Below, in pieces: positions 8,158 to 16,875 of a DNA stretch of 64,000 bases. The stretch is from Candidatus Magasanikbacteria bacterium RIFCSPLOWO2_12_FULL_43_12 (GTDB lineage: Bacteria; Patescibacteriota; Patescibacteriia; Magasanikbacterales; UBA922). Below the pieces are notes generated by a model that saw nothing but the letters and a program-made list of their open reading frames with translations, ran no database searches and was not told the origin of the DNA. How positions within the stretch are numbered: the stretch's first letter is position 1; each line of letters opens with the position of its first letter. The stretch spans positions 15,314 to 79,313 of the forward strand of contig MFQN01000003.1 of the NCBI GenBank assembly GCA_001783065.1, read 5' to 3'. A program made the translations under genes and the position numbers.

Positions 8158-8200
8158 ATAATTCCCCTCTCCTTGTAGGAGAGGGGCGGGGTCCCAACTT
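8158..8200. repeat. GC-rich palindromic element, copy 3 (intergenic, just upstream of the recG start)
   Basis: CCCCTCTCCTTGTAGGAGAGGGG CGGGGTCCC. Confidence 0.8.
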
Positions 8201-8277
8201 CCATTATACCAAAAACCTGACTAACAAAAAAACCGCTCCGTAAAAATACGAAACGGTTTTTTAATCATTAAATCAAA

Positions 8278-8742
8278 TCACGCAGCCAATCTCACAGTAT
8301 CTTCCTCCTGCGCAGCTTTGGATAATTCATTTATTTTATCCTGAACATCGCCCATGTCTATTTTGGCGGTGTCGCCTTTTTCCATAGCCGATAACGCTTC
8401 CCGCATCCGGCCGTCAATCATCTGCGCCACATTTTTCCAACCCTCTCTCTGTTCTTCTGATAAACCGCGAGTGAGTGTCACGTGATCTTTTATTTGTTCG
8501 GCCGCGCCTCCCCAAAAACCTAATAAATAATGTCTTTCCAAAGCTGGGTCTTTAGGCATGTCTATCATCGGTACGCCGGCAAAAATCTCGCCATCAAATA
8601 AAACCTCGTGTGTTTGTCGCCACCCTGTCTTCTCGCCTTGAAGACGCATCTGACCTTCCTGTCTTTTTCTGCTTTCTTCCGGAGATAACACGCCTTCATC
8701 GCCTTCGTTGGAATATTTTATTGCTCTTAAGAGTTCTGCCAT
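8278..8742 (-). CDS. hypothetical protein (154 aa from MAELLRAIKYSNEG...)
   Basis: The ORF track shows 8278..8967, but its first 75 codons overlap tRNA-Arg (8791-8862). The first ATG clear of the tRNA is at 8740-8742. No recognisable domain. Confidence 0.45.
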   Translation of the reverse strand: MAELLRAIKYSNEGDEGVLSPEESRKRQEGQMRLQGEKTGWRQTHEVLFDGEIFAGVPMIDMPKDPALERHYLLGFWGGAAEQIKDHVTLTRGLSEEQREGWKNVAQMIDGRMREALSAMEKGDTAKIDMGDVQDKINELSKAAQEEDTVRLAA

Positions 8743-8790
8743 ATTTTTGAAATTAAAATAGCTTGCAGGGCGTAATGAAATGAAGCCCTG

Positions 8791-8862
8791 TGCACCCGCG
8801 AAGAATCGAACTTCGATTACAAGATCCGCAATCTTGTGTCCTATCCGTTGAACGACGGGTGC
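8791..8862 (-). tRNA. tRNA-Arg (anticodon GCG as read), CCA not encoded
   Basis: Minus strand GCACCCG TC GTTC AACGGATA GGAC A CAAGA TTGCGGA TCTTG TAAT CGAAG TTCGATT CTTCG CGGGTGC A; all stems pair (one G-U in the D-stem). Confidence 0.75.
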
Positions 8863-8989
8863 GTTTGCTTGCCGTATTTTATCACAAAACCCCGTCTTGT
8901 CAACACAACCCCAACTCTTGCTTGGAACAATCATCCGTCGTCGCTCGTCGCGTGTTCCATGATCCATGTTACGTGGATCCTGAATCGTG

Positions 8990-9490
8990 TCAATGTATTT
9001 TCCAATTTCTCGCCGCCCGATCCGTCAACGGTTCCTCTTTTTCAATATCCTCCGACAGATACTCGCGCAGGCTGTGCTTAACCTCAATCGGATTCATGTC
9101 TAAAAGCGGAATACGCAGTATTGGTTGAAGCGTATTTTTAGTGTCCAAAAATAATGTTTTGACTTCCGGCGGGTTGTAAACAATATAAAAATTCTCAAAT
9201 TCTGCGTAGGGATAAAAACGGGTGCCGACAATTACGCCCAAATCGGTTATCTGAAACGGAATCTGACGCGGTTCTTGATGCGATTGCAAAAATAAAATAA
9301 TCGCCGCCAAGATAACGATTAAAGAAAACAAAAAGTTGCCTGTAAAAACTCCATACAAAACCAATGCCAACCCCAAGACCGCTGCCAAAACATACCACAA
9401 CATCCCGCGGGCATGCTTTTCATATTCTAAAATTGTCCACTCGTGGATAACATCGCCAAGTAATGTTTCTTCGGTGATTTTTTGCGGCAT
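8990..9490 (-). CDS. hypothetical membrane protein (two predicted TM helices)
   Basis: 166 aa; hydrophobic stretches LWYVLAAVLGLALVLYGVF and FLFSLIVILAAIILFL. Confidence 0.55.
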   Translation of the reverse strand: MPQKITEETLLGDVIHEWTILEYEKHARGMLWYVLAAVLGLALVLYGVFTGNFLFSLIVILAAIILFLQSHQEPRQIPFQITDLGVIVGTRFYPYAEFENFYIVYNPPEVKTLFLDTKNTLQPILRIPLLDMNPIEVKHSLREYLSEDIEKEEPLTDRAARNWKIH

Positions 9491-9586
9491 ATTAAATTAA
9501 TTCCGTAGTTATATTGTACCAGATACAAAAAACATTGTAAAACTTCCACAGACCCTTTGCCAAGTCTTGCAACTACGTAAACTATA

Positions 9587-9988
9587 TCAATTTTTTAGAT
9601 TGATAGCCAGTTCCGGATCAGCTGTTTCTTCAAGTCGTTCATAACCGACACGAGCCAACCAGAGCTTGAATGGCTCGGCGTTGGGCGAGGGAATTGATTG
9701 AATGAGACGAAGCATTACTTCAGTATCTGCGGCATCGGTAAGACGCATTTTACCATCCGGCGCAATCATTTTCAAAGCGTGACATTTTGTCACGGTTTCT
9801 CCTCCCCCTTCTTTTAATAATCTTTCTTTAAGTTTCCGCCAATAGGCCGCAGGATCAACACTTTTTGTTAAAACAGCAATGATGTCGGAAACGGAAAAAT
9901 ACCAAAACTCTTTTTCTTCGTCCCAATGACGGCGGATTTGTTGTCCTTCAAAAATGGCAATGACTTTGTTTTTTGATTGTTTTTTCAT
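9587..9988 (-). CDS. Bro-N/antirepressor-like domain protein
   Basis: The pattern ...KVIAIFEGQQIRRHWDEEKEFWYFSVSDIIAVLTKS... resembles Bro-N/KilA-N-type domains. The ORF-track start at 10036 overlaps tRNA-Val; the start is taken as ATG at 9986-9988 (MKKQSKNK...). Confidence 0.5.
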   Translation of the reverse strand: MKKQSKNKVIAIFEGQQIRRHWDEEKEFWYFSVSDIIAVLTKSVDPAAYWRKLKERLLKEGGGETVTKCHALKMIAPDGKMRLTDAADTEVMLRLIQSIPSPNAEPFKLWLARVGYERLEETADPELAINLKN

Positions 9989-9997
9989 AAAAACACA

Positions 9998-10073
9998 TGG
10001 TGGTCGCACCTGGATTCGAACCAGGGACCTTCGCAATGTGAATGCGACGCTCTAACCAGCTGAGCCATGCGAC
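9998..10073 (-). tRNA. tRNA-Val (anticodon CAC), CCA encoded
   Basis: Minus strand GGTCGCA TG GCTC AGCTGGTTA GAGC G TCGCA TTCACAT TGCGA AGGTC CCTGG TTCGAAT CCAGG TGCGACC A CCA. Confidence 0.9.
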
Positions 10074-10164
10074 CATAGCTGAAACCATAATATCACATGA
10101 TAATCAAAAAATCAATGATCTGGCCTTGTCAAATCCTCCAAAAACCGCTATACTATGGCCAGAT

Positions 10165-11601
10165 ATGGAAACCAGACGGATAAATTTTTTATATACCAAC
10201 AATCCGATAGAAATTCCGCCGGAATTGCCGCCGCAAAAATCGCGCAAATGGCCGATTTTTTTGATTGTAATCGCGCTGTTAATTATTATTGGCGGCGTGA
10301 TTAAACTGATGGCAAAAGAAAACGCGCCCGATGATCCTTTGGCGTATGACCCGATAACACTGGAACCAAAAAAACCGGAAGGATTTATCAGCAAAATCAC
10401 GCAAATGGTTTTTTCGCGCGAATACCAGCTGAAAGGATATTCGGATGATAGAATAAATATTCTACTGCTTGGAATCGGCGGCATCGGCCATGACGGTCCG
10501 TTTTTAACTGATACGATAATGATCGCCAGTTTGAAGCCTTCAACCGGAGAAATCGCCACTATTTCCATCCCCCGCGACCTGGGTGTGGAAATCCCCGGGC
10601 AAGGCCTGAATAAAATAAATTATGCCGGCGCTTATGGCGAAGCCAAAGGGAGCGGAACCGGCGGAGCATTTGCCGTGAAAATTATTGAAGAAACTTTTGA
10701 TTTGAAAATTCATTATTACGCCCGCGTTGATTTTAAGGCATTCGCGGAAATTATTGATGAATTGGGTGGAATAACCATTAACGTGGAAAAATCATTTACT
10801 GATGAAATGTACCCGACAAAAAACGGAGGATACGAAACAGTCAGTTTTAAAACCGGAACGCAAACTATGAATGGCGCTACCGCGCTGAAATTCGTCCGCT
10901 CCCGCCACGGCAATAATGGCGAAGGCTCGGATTTCGCCCGCGCCCGGCGCCAGCAAAAAGCGATTTTCGCGCTGAAAGAAAAAGCCTTGGCGTTTTCCAC
11001 GCTGGTGAATCCGATTAAAATCAACAACATCCGCAAGACTTTATCCGACAATATCGCCACCAATTTAGAATTTTCCGATTTGATGTCTTTTTTCAAGTTA
11101 ATGCGTGAATTAAAAGTGCCAAACATCAGCACCACGGTATTGGATGACAGTGTTAATGGAAATTTGCAAAGCGCGACAACCGAATTCGGTTCGTTTATTC
11201 TTATGCCAAAAACCGGAAACTTTTCTGAAATAAACAATTTGATTGAAAATATTTTTGCCAAGACTCCGGTTAAAATTGATGACACTCCGGAACAATCCGC
11301 GATCGCTCTGCCGCCGGCGAAAATAGAGGTCCAAAACGGCACCTGGATTGCCGGCCTCGCCGCGCGCATGGGCAAACGATTGGAAGATAAAAATTTTATA
11401 ATAACGGCTGTCGGCAATACTGAAATTAAACCGATGCCAACCAGCGGAATTTATAAAATCAACGCCAACGCGCCGTTTGAAGTGATGCAAGCATTGCAAA
11501 AAGAACTCCGCATTCCGATTCGACAAACCTTGCCAAGCAACGTCACTGCTACCAGCACCGCTGATATACTGGTGCTGTTGGGGGAAGATATGAGAGAATA
11601 A
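10165..11601 (+). CDS. LytR-CpsA-Psr (LCP) family cell-envelope protein with an N-terminal TM helix
   Basis: The ORF-track start at 10042 lies within the tRNA; the start is taken at METRR (10165). TM WPIFLIVIALLIIIGGVI. LCP core ...INILLLGIGGIGHDGPFLTDTIMIASLKPSTGEIATISIPRDLGVEIPG...YARVDFKAFAEIIDELGGITINV... Confidence 0.85.
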   Translation: METRRINFLYTNNPIEIPPELPPQKSRKWPIFLIVIALLIIIGGVIKLMAKENAPDDPLAYDPITLEPKKPEGFISKITQMVFSREYQLKGYSDDRINILLLGIGGIGHDGPFLTDTIMIASLKPSTGEIATISIPRDLGVEIPGQGLNKINYAGAYGEAKGSGTGGAFAVKIIEETFDLKIHYYARVDFKAFAEIIDELGGITINVEKSFTDEMYPTKNGGYETVSFKTGTQTMNGATALKFVRSRHGNNGEGSDFARARRQQKAIFALKEKALAFSTLVNPIKINNIRKTLSDNIATNLEFSDLMSFFKLMRELKVPNISTTVLDDSVNGNLQSATTEFGSFILMPKTGNFSEINNLIENIFAKTPVKIDDTPEQSAIALPPAKIEVQNGTWIAGLAARMGKRLEDKNFIITAVGNTEIKPMPTSGIYKINANAPFEVMQALQKELRIPIRQTLPSNVTATSTADILVLLGEDMRE

Positions 11602-11713
11602 TTTTCAATTTCTAATTTTTAATTTTCAAACAATTTTCAATGAACTAATTTTCAATTATAAAACTCGGCTCATTAATTGAAAATTAAAAATTGAAAATTG
11701 AAAATTTCTGTGT
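11602..11713. repeat. AT-rich palindromic intergenic element (AATTTTCAATT ... AATTGAAAATT family), member 2
   Basis: aattttcaatttctaatttttaattttcaa...aattgaaaattaaaaattgaaaattgaaaattt; inverted-repeat symmetry. Confidence 0.5.
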
Positions 11714-13123
11714 ATGTCAACACCAGCCACAATCAAGCCTAACAATCTTCCCACCGTCGTCCTCGTCGGCCGAGTTAATGTCGGCAAATCAACTTTGTTT
11801 AATCGACTGACGGAAAAAAATCAAGCGATTGTGTCCGGTATTCCCGGCACTACCCGCACCAATAATGAAGGGCTGGTTTTGTGGCGCGGAAAATATTTCC
11901 GATTGATTGATACCGGCGGACTGACTTTTGACGAAAAAATCCAGCTGGAACCGGATATCATTAAACAAAGCGAAATGGCTGTGGCGGAAGCTGACATTAT
12001 TATTATGGTGGCTGACGCGCAAGACGGCGTCTTGCCGCAAGAAAAAGAGCTGGCAAAACGGATACGCCGAATCGCGAACAAACCGATAATGCTGGTTGCC
12101 AACAAAACCGACAGCGAAAAAATCGCCAAAAATCTGCGCCTGTCAGAATTCATGCGCCTCGGATTAGGCAAACCATTTACGGTTTCCGCCATCAGCGGCA
12201 GAAGCACCGGGGATCTGCTTGAAGAAATTTTAAAAATTCTTAAAAAAATCAAAAAAAATCTCAAAACCAAAATCACGGAAAAAGAAATAATCCAGGTAAG
12301 TTTGGTTGGCAAGCCGAACGTGGGAAAATCTTCGCTGTTCAACAAATTGATCGGCCAAGAAAAAGTGATTGTCAGCCCGATCGCCCACACCACGCGCGAA
12401 CCGCACGATACGCTGATGTCGTATGAAGACCCTTCGGTCATTCGACAAGCTCATGGCTCAGGGCAAGTTCTGATTAATTTTATTGACACTGCCGGCATCC
12501 GCCGCAAAGCCAAGGTGGAAGGCGAGCTGGAACAAAAAGGCATTGGCAAAAGCATCCAAGCGCTGGAAAAATCCGACATCTGCCTATTCGTGATTGATGG
12601 CAAAGAAATAATTTCTTCCCAAGACCAGCAGTTGGGCGGATTTTTGGAAAGGCGCGCCAAAAGCGTAATTATTTTAATCAACAAGTGGGACTTATCGCCT
12701 GATAATAGCGACCGTCAGCGAAATGATGTTAAAAAAATGATCTACGATGAATTCCCACACCTCCAATTCGCGCCGATTATGTTTATCAGCGGCAAAACCG
12801 GTTATCGCGTCCATGATATCTTCCCTCTAATCACACATGCTTGGCGCAGCCGGCACACCATTGTTCCGGAGGATGCCCTACGAGCATTTTTAAAGCAACT
12901 GATAAAAACCCATCGGCCCGCGCGCGGCAAAGGCACACGCCAGCCGGAGATTATCGCCATCCGCCAGATTGCCTCTAATCCGCCGGTTTTGAACACGGTT
13001 ATCAAAGCCAGAACATCTCTGCACCGTTCTTATGTTAATTTTATTGAAAATAAACTCCGCGAGCAGTTTGACTTCTTCGCCACGCCGGTTATAATTAAAC
13101 TATCAAAAAACAAAAAACTATGA
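11714..13123 (+). CDS. der: ribosome-biogenesis GTPase Der (EngA), tandem GTPase domains
   Basis: Two P-loops, GRVNVGKSTLFNRL and GKPNVGKSSLFNKL; DTGG/DTAG motifs; KH-like C-terminus; 469 aa. Confidence 0.9.
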   Translation: MSTPATIKPNNLPTVVLVGRVNVGKSTLFNRLTEKNQAIVSGIPGTTRTNNEGLVLWRGKYFRLIDTGGLTFDEKIQLEPDIIKQSEMAVAEADIIIMVADAQDGVLPQEKELAKRIRRIANKPIMLVANKTDSEKIAKNLRLSEFMRLGLGKPFTVSAISGRSTGDLLEEILKILKKIKKNLKTKITEKEIIQVSLVGKPNVGKSSLFNKLIGQEKVIVSPIAHTTREPHDTLMSYEDPSVIRQAHGSGQVLINFIDTAGIRRKAKVEGELEQKGIGKSIQALEKSDICLFVIDGKEIISSQDQQLGGFLERRAKSVIILINKWDLSPDNSDRQRNDVKKMIYDEFPHLQFAPIMFISGKTGYRVHDIFPLITHAWRSRHTIVPEDALRAFLKQLIKTHRPARGKGTRQPEIIAIRQIASNPPVLNTVIKARTSLHRSYVNFIENKLREQFDFFATPVIIKLSKNKKL

Positions 13124-13665
13124 AGCTGGTTGTCGGGTTAGGAAATCCGGGAAAAATATACGCGAAGACGCGCCACAACGCGGGTTTTATGGTATTGGAT
13201 AAATTGCGCGAGGAGTTTAAAGAAAATAATATTTCCAACTGGGAGTTGAGCAAAAAATTCAATGCCGAAGTCTGCGGCTGTACCATCAGCGGCAATAAAA
13301 TCGTGCTGACCAAGCCAATGACTTTCATGAATGACTCGGGTCAAGCCGTCCAGCTCATCGCGCATTTTTATAAATTAACTCCGGCTGATTTAATCGTGAT
13401 TCATGACGACAAAGACATCAAACTCGGTGAAATAAAAATCCAAACCAACCGCTCTTCCGCCGGCCACAATGGCGCGCAATCCATCATTGACCACATTGGC
13501 ACGCAAAACTTCACCCGCGTCCGCGTCGGTGTCGCGCCGGAAAATCCAAAAAAAATGTCCGACACCGCGAAGTTTGTTTTGAACAGGTTTGGGTTGTTTG
13601 AGAGAAAAAAAATTGAAGGAGCCGTAAAACAAACTGTGAAAGAAGTATTGGGTTTGATTAAATAA
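13120..13665 (+). CDS. pth: peptidyl-tRNA hydrolase
   Basis: MKLVVGLGNPGKIYAKTRHNAGFMVLD... is the canonical Pth N-terminus; 181 aa. Overlaps the der stop by 4 nt. Confidence 0.9.
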   Translation: MKLVVGLGNPGKIYAKTRHNAGFMVLDKLREEFKENNISNWELSKKFNAEVCGCTISGNKIVLTKPMTFMNDSGQAVQLIAHFYKLTPADLIVIHDDKDIKLGEIKIQTNRSSAGHNGAQSIIDHIGTQNFTRVRVGVAPENPKKMSDTAKFVLNRFGLFERKKIEGAVKQTVKEVLGLIK

Positions 13666-13668
13666 ATT

Positions 13669-14556
13669 ATGCGCGAAGAAATCACTAGAAGAAATTTTTT
13701 GAAAAAAACCGGAGCAATTTTAGGTTTGGCCGCTTTGGAACAAATGGGTGTTAGCGAAGCCAATGCCGAACCGAAAATTGACACGGCGACAGGTGGTAAA
13801 GAAAAAGAAAAAAACCAACTGCCGGAGATTGAATACCAAGACAAACAATTAGACGGGTTTGTTTACCAAAACAACCGCGACCGAAGAGGAAAACTAAAGG
13901 TGGAATCTCCGAAAAACGGAAGGATACTTTTTTTTAGGGAGTCGCTATCTCACAAACCAAATACAATATTACGCCAACTTGATCACGAATTGTACCACCA
14001 AAATTTTGATAAAGCCGGATTGGAAAAACAAACGGAAATCGCGCGCTTAATTTTATCAAAGTACAAAATAGAAGACATTTTAAAACAAGTCCTGAATGAA
14101 CCGACTTACGAGACGCAATTTGAACAATTGCGAAAACAATCCGGGCAACCAACCGCGGAAATTTATGCTGTCAATGAGTTTCTGGGCCACGTCATGAGCT
14201 ACGCCGATTACCCGCCGCCGGAAGTAAAAAACCCCAAAGGACATTTCACCAAACAGCAGTGGACGGAATTCTTATCTGAAGAGATAAAAAACGGCGGAAC
14301 GGAAGAAACTCTTATTGAACAATTTAAACAAAATCCGAATCTGATCACGCCCGCCTCTTCCGCCGCGTATGATGTTAGCGATAAATTCTTTTTTGAACTG
14401 CGGCAAAACAACATGTTGCTTCCAAACGATCTTAAAAAAGCGCTGGAAAAGTACGGTTTAACCGCCAATACCGAACGCGCCAAGGTTTTATTGGAGAGAA
14501 TAAAAAATCTAAAACAAAAGACACCAAATAGTCCCGATAGGGACGCCAGATTGTAG
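13669..14556 (+). CDS. hypothetical secreted protein with a twin-arginine (Tat) signal peptide
   Basis: N-terminus MREEITRRNFLKKTGAILGLAALEQMGVSEANA (RRxFLK motif); 295 aa; no recognised domain. Confidence 0.65.
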   Translation: MREEITRRNFLKKTGAILGLAALEQMGVSEANAEPKIDTATGGKEKEKNQLPEIEYQDKQLDGFVYQNNRDRRGKLKVESPKNGRILFFRESLSHKPNTILRQLDHELYHQNFDKAGLEKQTEIARLILSKYKIEDILKQVLNEPTYETQFEQLRKQSGQPTAEIYAVNEFLGHVMSYADYPPPEVKNPKGHFTKQQWTEFLSEEIKNGGTEETLIEQFKQNPNLITPASSAAYDVSDKFFFELRQNNMLLPNDLKKALEKYGLTANTERAKVLLERIKNLKQKTPNSPDRDARL

Positions 14557-14720
14557 CCAGGGCATTTATGCCCTGGAAAAGATTCACATTTAAACAAAAG
14601 TCCCAGAGGGACGGCACAAGTTATATTCAATACTTTCCAAAATATCTATTTTGAGCGATGTGTCGTCCCTCCGGGACTATCCGACATTATTGATCTTTTT
14701 CCAGGGGCTAAAGCCCCTGG
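14557..14720. other. nested dyad-symmetric GC-hairpin element (two CCAGGG-N-CCCTGG hairpins flanking paired GTCCC-N4-GGGAC arms); candidate structured RNA, MITE or terminator array
   Basis: CCAGGGCATTTATGCCCTGG (14557-14576); GTCCCAGAGGGACG (14600-14613) pairs with CGTCCCTCCGGGAC (14664-14677); CCAGGGGCTAAAGCCCCTGG (14701-14720). A third GTCCCGATAGGGAC lies at 14531-14545. No ORF. Confidence 0.35.
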
Positions 14721-14951
14721 CTACTATCTGTCGCCCATGTTGGGGCTCAAAACGATTGGACAATTGAAGTACCTGACTACGACCCTTACGGGACTTAACG
14801 ATATAAAATACATTTTGTAAGCATTAGACTGCCTGCCTATAGATCAATTGTCCATAACGGGATATCTAAAGAGATCATTTGTTGCATTAGATTTTTAAAC
14901 CAAACCCATTAGCAGCATTAGCATAAATTAGTATATTGGCATTATACTCAA

Positions 14952-16031
14952 ATGCGCAAAGAAATCCTCCTCTCCTACTTCCCTAAAATCACCCCCAAAC
15001 GCTACCAGCAAATGCTGGGGCTTTTTGCATCTTTGGATAACGCCTGGCAAGGACAATTTGACGATTACAAAAAAATCGGCTGGGAAGACGATTTGATTAA
15101 TGAATTCCTGAAATGGCGCGACGCGGTTGATGAAGAAAAAATTGAAAAAATTCTGAAGCAGGAAAAAATTCATTGCCTGCTAAAAGACAACGTTGATTAT
15201 CCGCCGCTGTTGAAAGAAATTTACGATCCGCCGTTTTGTTTGTTTGTCCGCGGTGAATTGAAGCCAAACGAATTCACGCTGGCCGTGGTCGGTCCGCGCA
15301 AATTCACTCATTACGGCAAACAAATAACCGAAGAGCTGACGCGCGACCTGGCCGGACAAGGGATTACGATCGTCAGCGGTCTGGCTTTGGGAATTGACAG
15401 CGTCGCGCATCAGGCCGCACTGAACGCGAACGGAATCACGGTCGCCGTGCTTGGAACAGGAATCAATCGCGCGCACATTTACCCGGCCGCCCACAAACAG
15501 CTGGCGGAAAAAATTATTGATAGCGGTGGAGCGGTCATTTCCGAATACCCGCCGGGCACTCTGCCGACCAAATTTACTTTTCCCCGCCGCAACAGAATTA
15601 TTGCCGGCATGTCGCTCGGCACTCTGGTGATTGAAGCCGCGGAAAGCTCGGGCGCGCTGATTACGGCGCAATGCGCGCTTGATTATAATCGCGAAGTTTT
15701 CGCCGTGCCGCAAAATATTACTTCGCCGACAGCGCTGGGGACAAACACTTTAATTAAAAACGGCGCGCATCCGGTAACTGCGGCGCAAGATATTTTTGAC
15801 GCGCTAAATTTGCATGATGTAAAAAAATTCATCGCTAATCGCGAAATTATTCCTGACTCCCCGACCGAAGCGGAAATCCTCAAGCATCTTTCCCGCGAAC
15901 CGGCTCATGTTGACCAGCTCGTCAAACTCTCCGGCCTTGACAGTCCGGCGGTAAATAGTACACTGGTACTTATGGAGATGAAAGGGAAGGTGAGGAATTT
16001 GGGAGGGATGATGTACGTGTTAAGTAAATAA
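14952..16031 (+). CDS. dprA: DNA processing protein DprA (Smf)
   Basis: Rossmann-like core ...LAVVGPRKFTHYGKQITEELTRDLAGQGITIVSGLALGIDSVAHQAALNANGITVAVLGTGI...; C-terminal winged-helix-like tail; 359 aa. Confidence 0.85.
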   Translation: MRKEILLSYFPKITPKRYQQMLGLFASLDNAWQGQFDDYKKIGWEDDLINEFLKWRDAVDEEKIEKILKQEKIHCLLKDNVDYPPLLKEIYDPPFCLFVRGELKPNEFTLAVVGPRKFTHYGKQITEELTRDLAGQGITIVSGLALGIDSVAHQAALNANGITVAVLGTGINRAHIYPAAHKQLAEKIIDSGGAVISEYPPGTLPTKFTFPRRNRIIAGMSLGTLVIEAAESSGALITAQCALDYNREVFAVPQNITSPTALGTNTLIKNGAHPVTAAQDIFDALNLHDVKKFIANREIIPDSPTEAEILKHLSREPAHVDQLVKLSGLDSPAVNSTLVLMEMKGKVRNLGGMMYVLSK

Positions 16032-16039
16032 TAAGTAAA

Positions 16040-16165
16040 TAGAACCCATATGATTTAACTAAAATTACCAATTCTCAATTTTCATAATTTTCAAAAAAAA
16101 TTTAAAATTTTGAATTTCTCCTGAAAATTGAAAATTCGTAAATTGAAAATTTTAATATAATTTCT
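16040..16165. repeat. AT-rich palindromic intergenic element (AATTTTCAATT/AATTGAAAATT family), member 3
   Basis: aattaccaattctcaattttcataattttcaaaaaaaatttaaaattttgaatttctcctgaaaattgaaaattcgtaaattgaaaatttt. Confidence 0.5.
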
Positions 16166-16858
16166 ATGCAAAAACTTAATCTCAAAAAAATCATCTTCCT
16201 CGCCGCCTTCGCTCTCATCGGTCTCGCCGCGATGCAGGTTCCGTTCAGCCAGCTCGTCGGCGCGAAGGGCGTCCGTTTCTCGCTCTTTGACTTCTACGGC
16301 CCGATCGCCGGCGGATTTGTCGGTTCAATCTGGGGTTTGGTGACAGTCGGGATAATGCAACTGGCCAACTGGGCATGGCACGGTTTCGCAACTGACGCCG
16401 GAACGATTATCAGATTTTTCCCAATGTTGTTTGCTTTATTGTATTTTGCTAAAAAAACACGATGGATGTTGTTGGTTCCGGCAATCGCTATGATTGCTTT
16501 CTGGGCGCATCCGGAAGGGAGACAGGCGTGGTATTACGCTCTTTACTGGTTAATTCCGATTGCCGCGTATTTCTTTCATGAAAAATCGATCCTGCTCCGC
16601 GCTCTCGGTACCACTTTCACCGCTCACGCTGTCGGCGGGGCATTGTGGATTTGGATTTTCAATATGAAAGCAATATTGTGGATTGGCTTAATCCCCGTAG
16701 TCTGGAAAGAACGAGGTCTGATGGCGATCGGCATTACTCTCACTTTCATTCTCTTTAATTTTTTGATGAGCGTTATCGCGCAAAAAACAAAAATCCAGTT
16801 GCCGTTCATAAAATTAAATCCGAAATACTCGCTCCAGCAAAATAAAACAACCCTTTAA
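16166..16858 (+). CDS. polytopic integral membrane protein (possibly an ECF-transporter S-component-like protein; sits upstream of folC)
   Basis: 230 aa, at least 5 hydrophobic helices, aromatic-rich (W/F/Y). The functional guess comes only from the small multi-TM architecture and the folC neighbourhood. Confidence 0.5.
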   Translation: MQKLNLKKIIFLAAFALIGLAAMQVPFSQLVGAKGVRFSLFDFYGPIAGGFVGSIWGLVTVGIMQLANWAWHGFATDAGTIIRFFPMLFALLYFAKKTRWMLLVPAIAMIAFWAHPEGRQAWYYALYWLIPIAAYFFHEKSILLRALGTTFTAHAVGGALWIWIFNMKAILWIGLIPVVWKERGLMAIGITLTFILFNFLMSVIAQKTKIQLPFIKLNPKYSLQQNKTTL

Positions 16859-16875
16859 CAGAGTTGCTTTAGCGG

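Noticed and set aside
8790-9128. 112-aa plus ORF and 8836..9081 ORF around tRNA-Arg
   Set aside because: They overlap a tRNA and the 3' end of a minus-strand membrane-protein gene; no support.
9587-9988. Prophage call based on the Bro-N-like gene
   Set aside because: A single antirepressor-like domain without integrase, capsid or terminase genes is insufficient; kept as an isolated accessory gene.
10104-11526. Minus-strand ORFs antisense to the LCP gene (10104..10568, 10716..11417, 11110..11526)
   Set aside because: The LCP gene on the plus strand carries the family signature throughout.
11789-13005. Minus-strand ORFs inside der (11821..12441 and others)
   Set aside because: They are antisense to a gene with two canonical GTPase P-loops.
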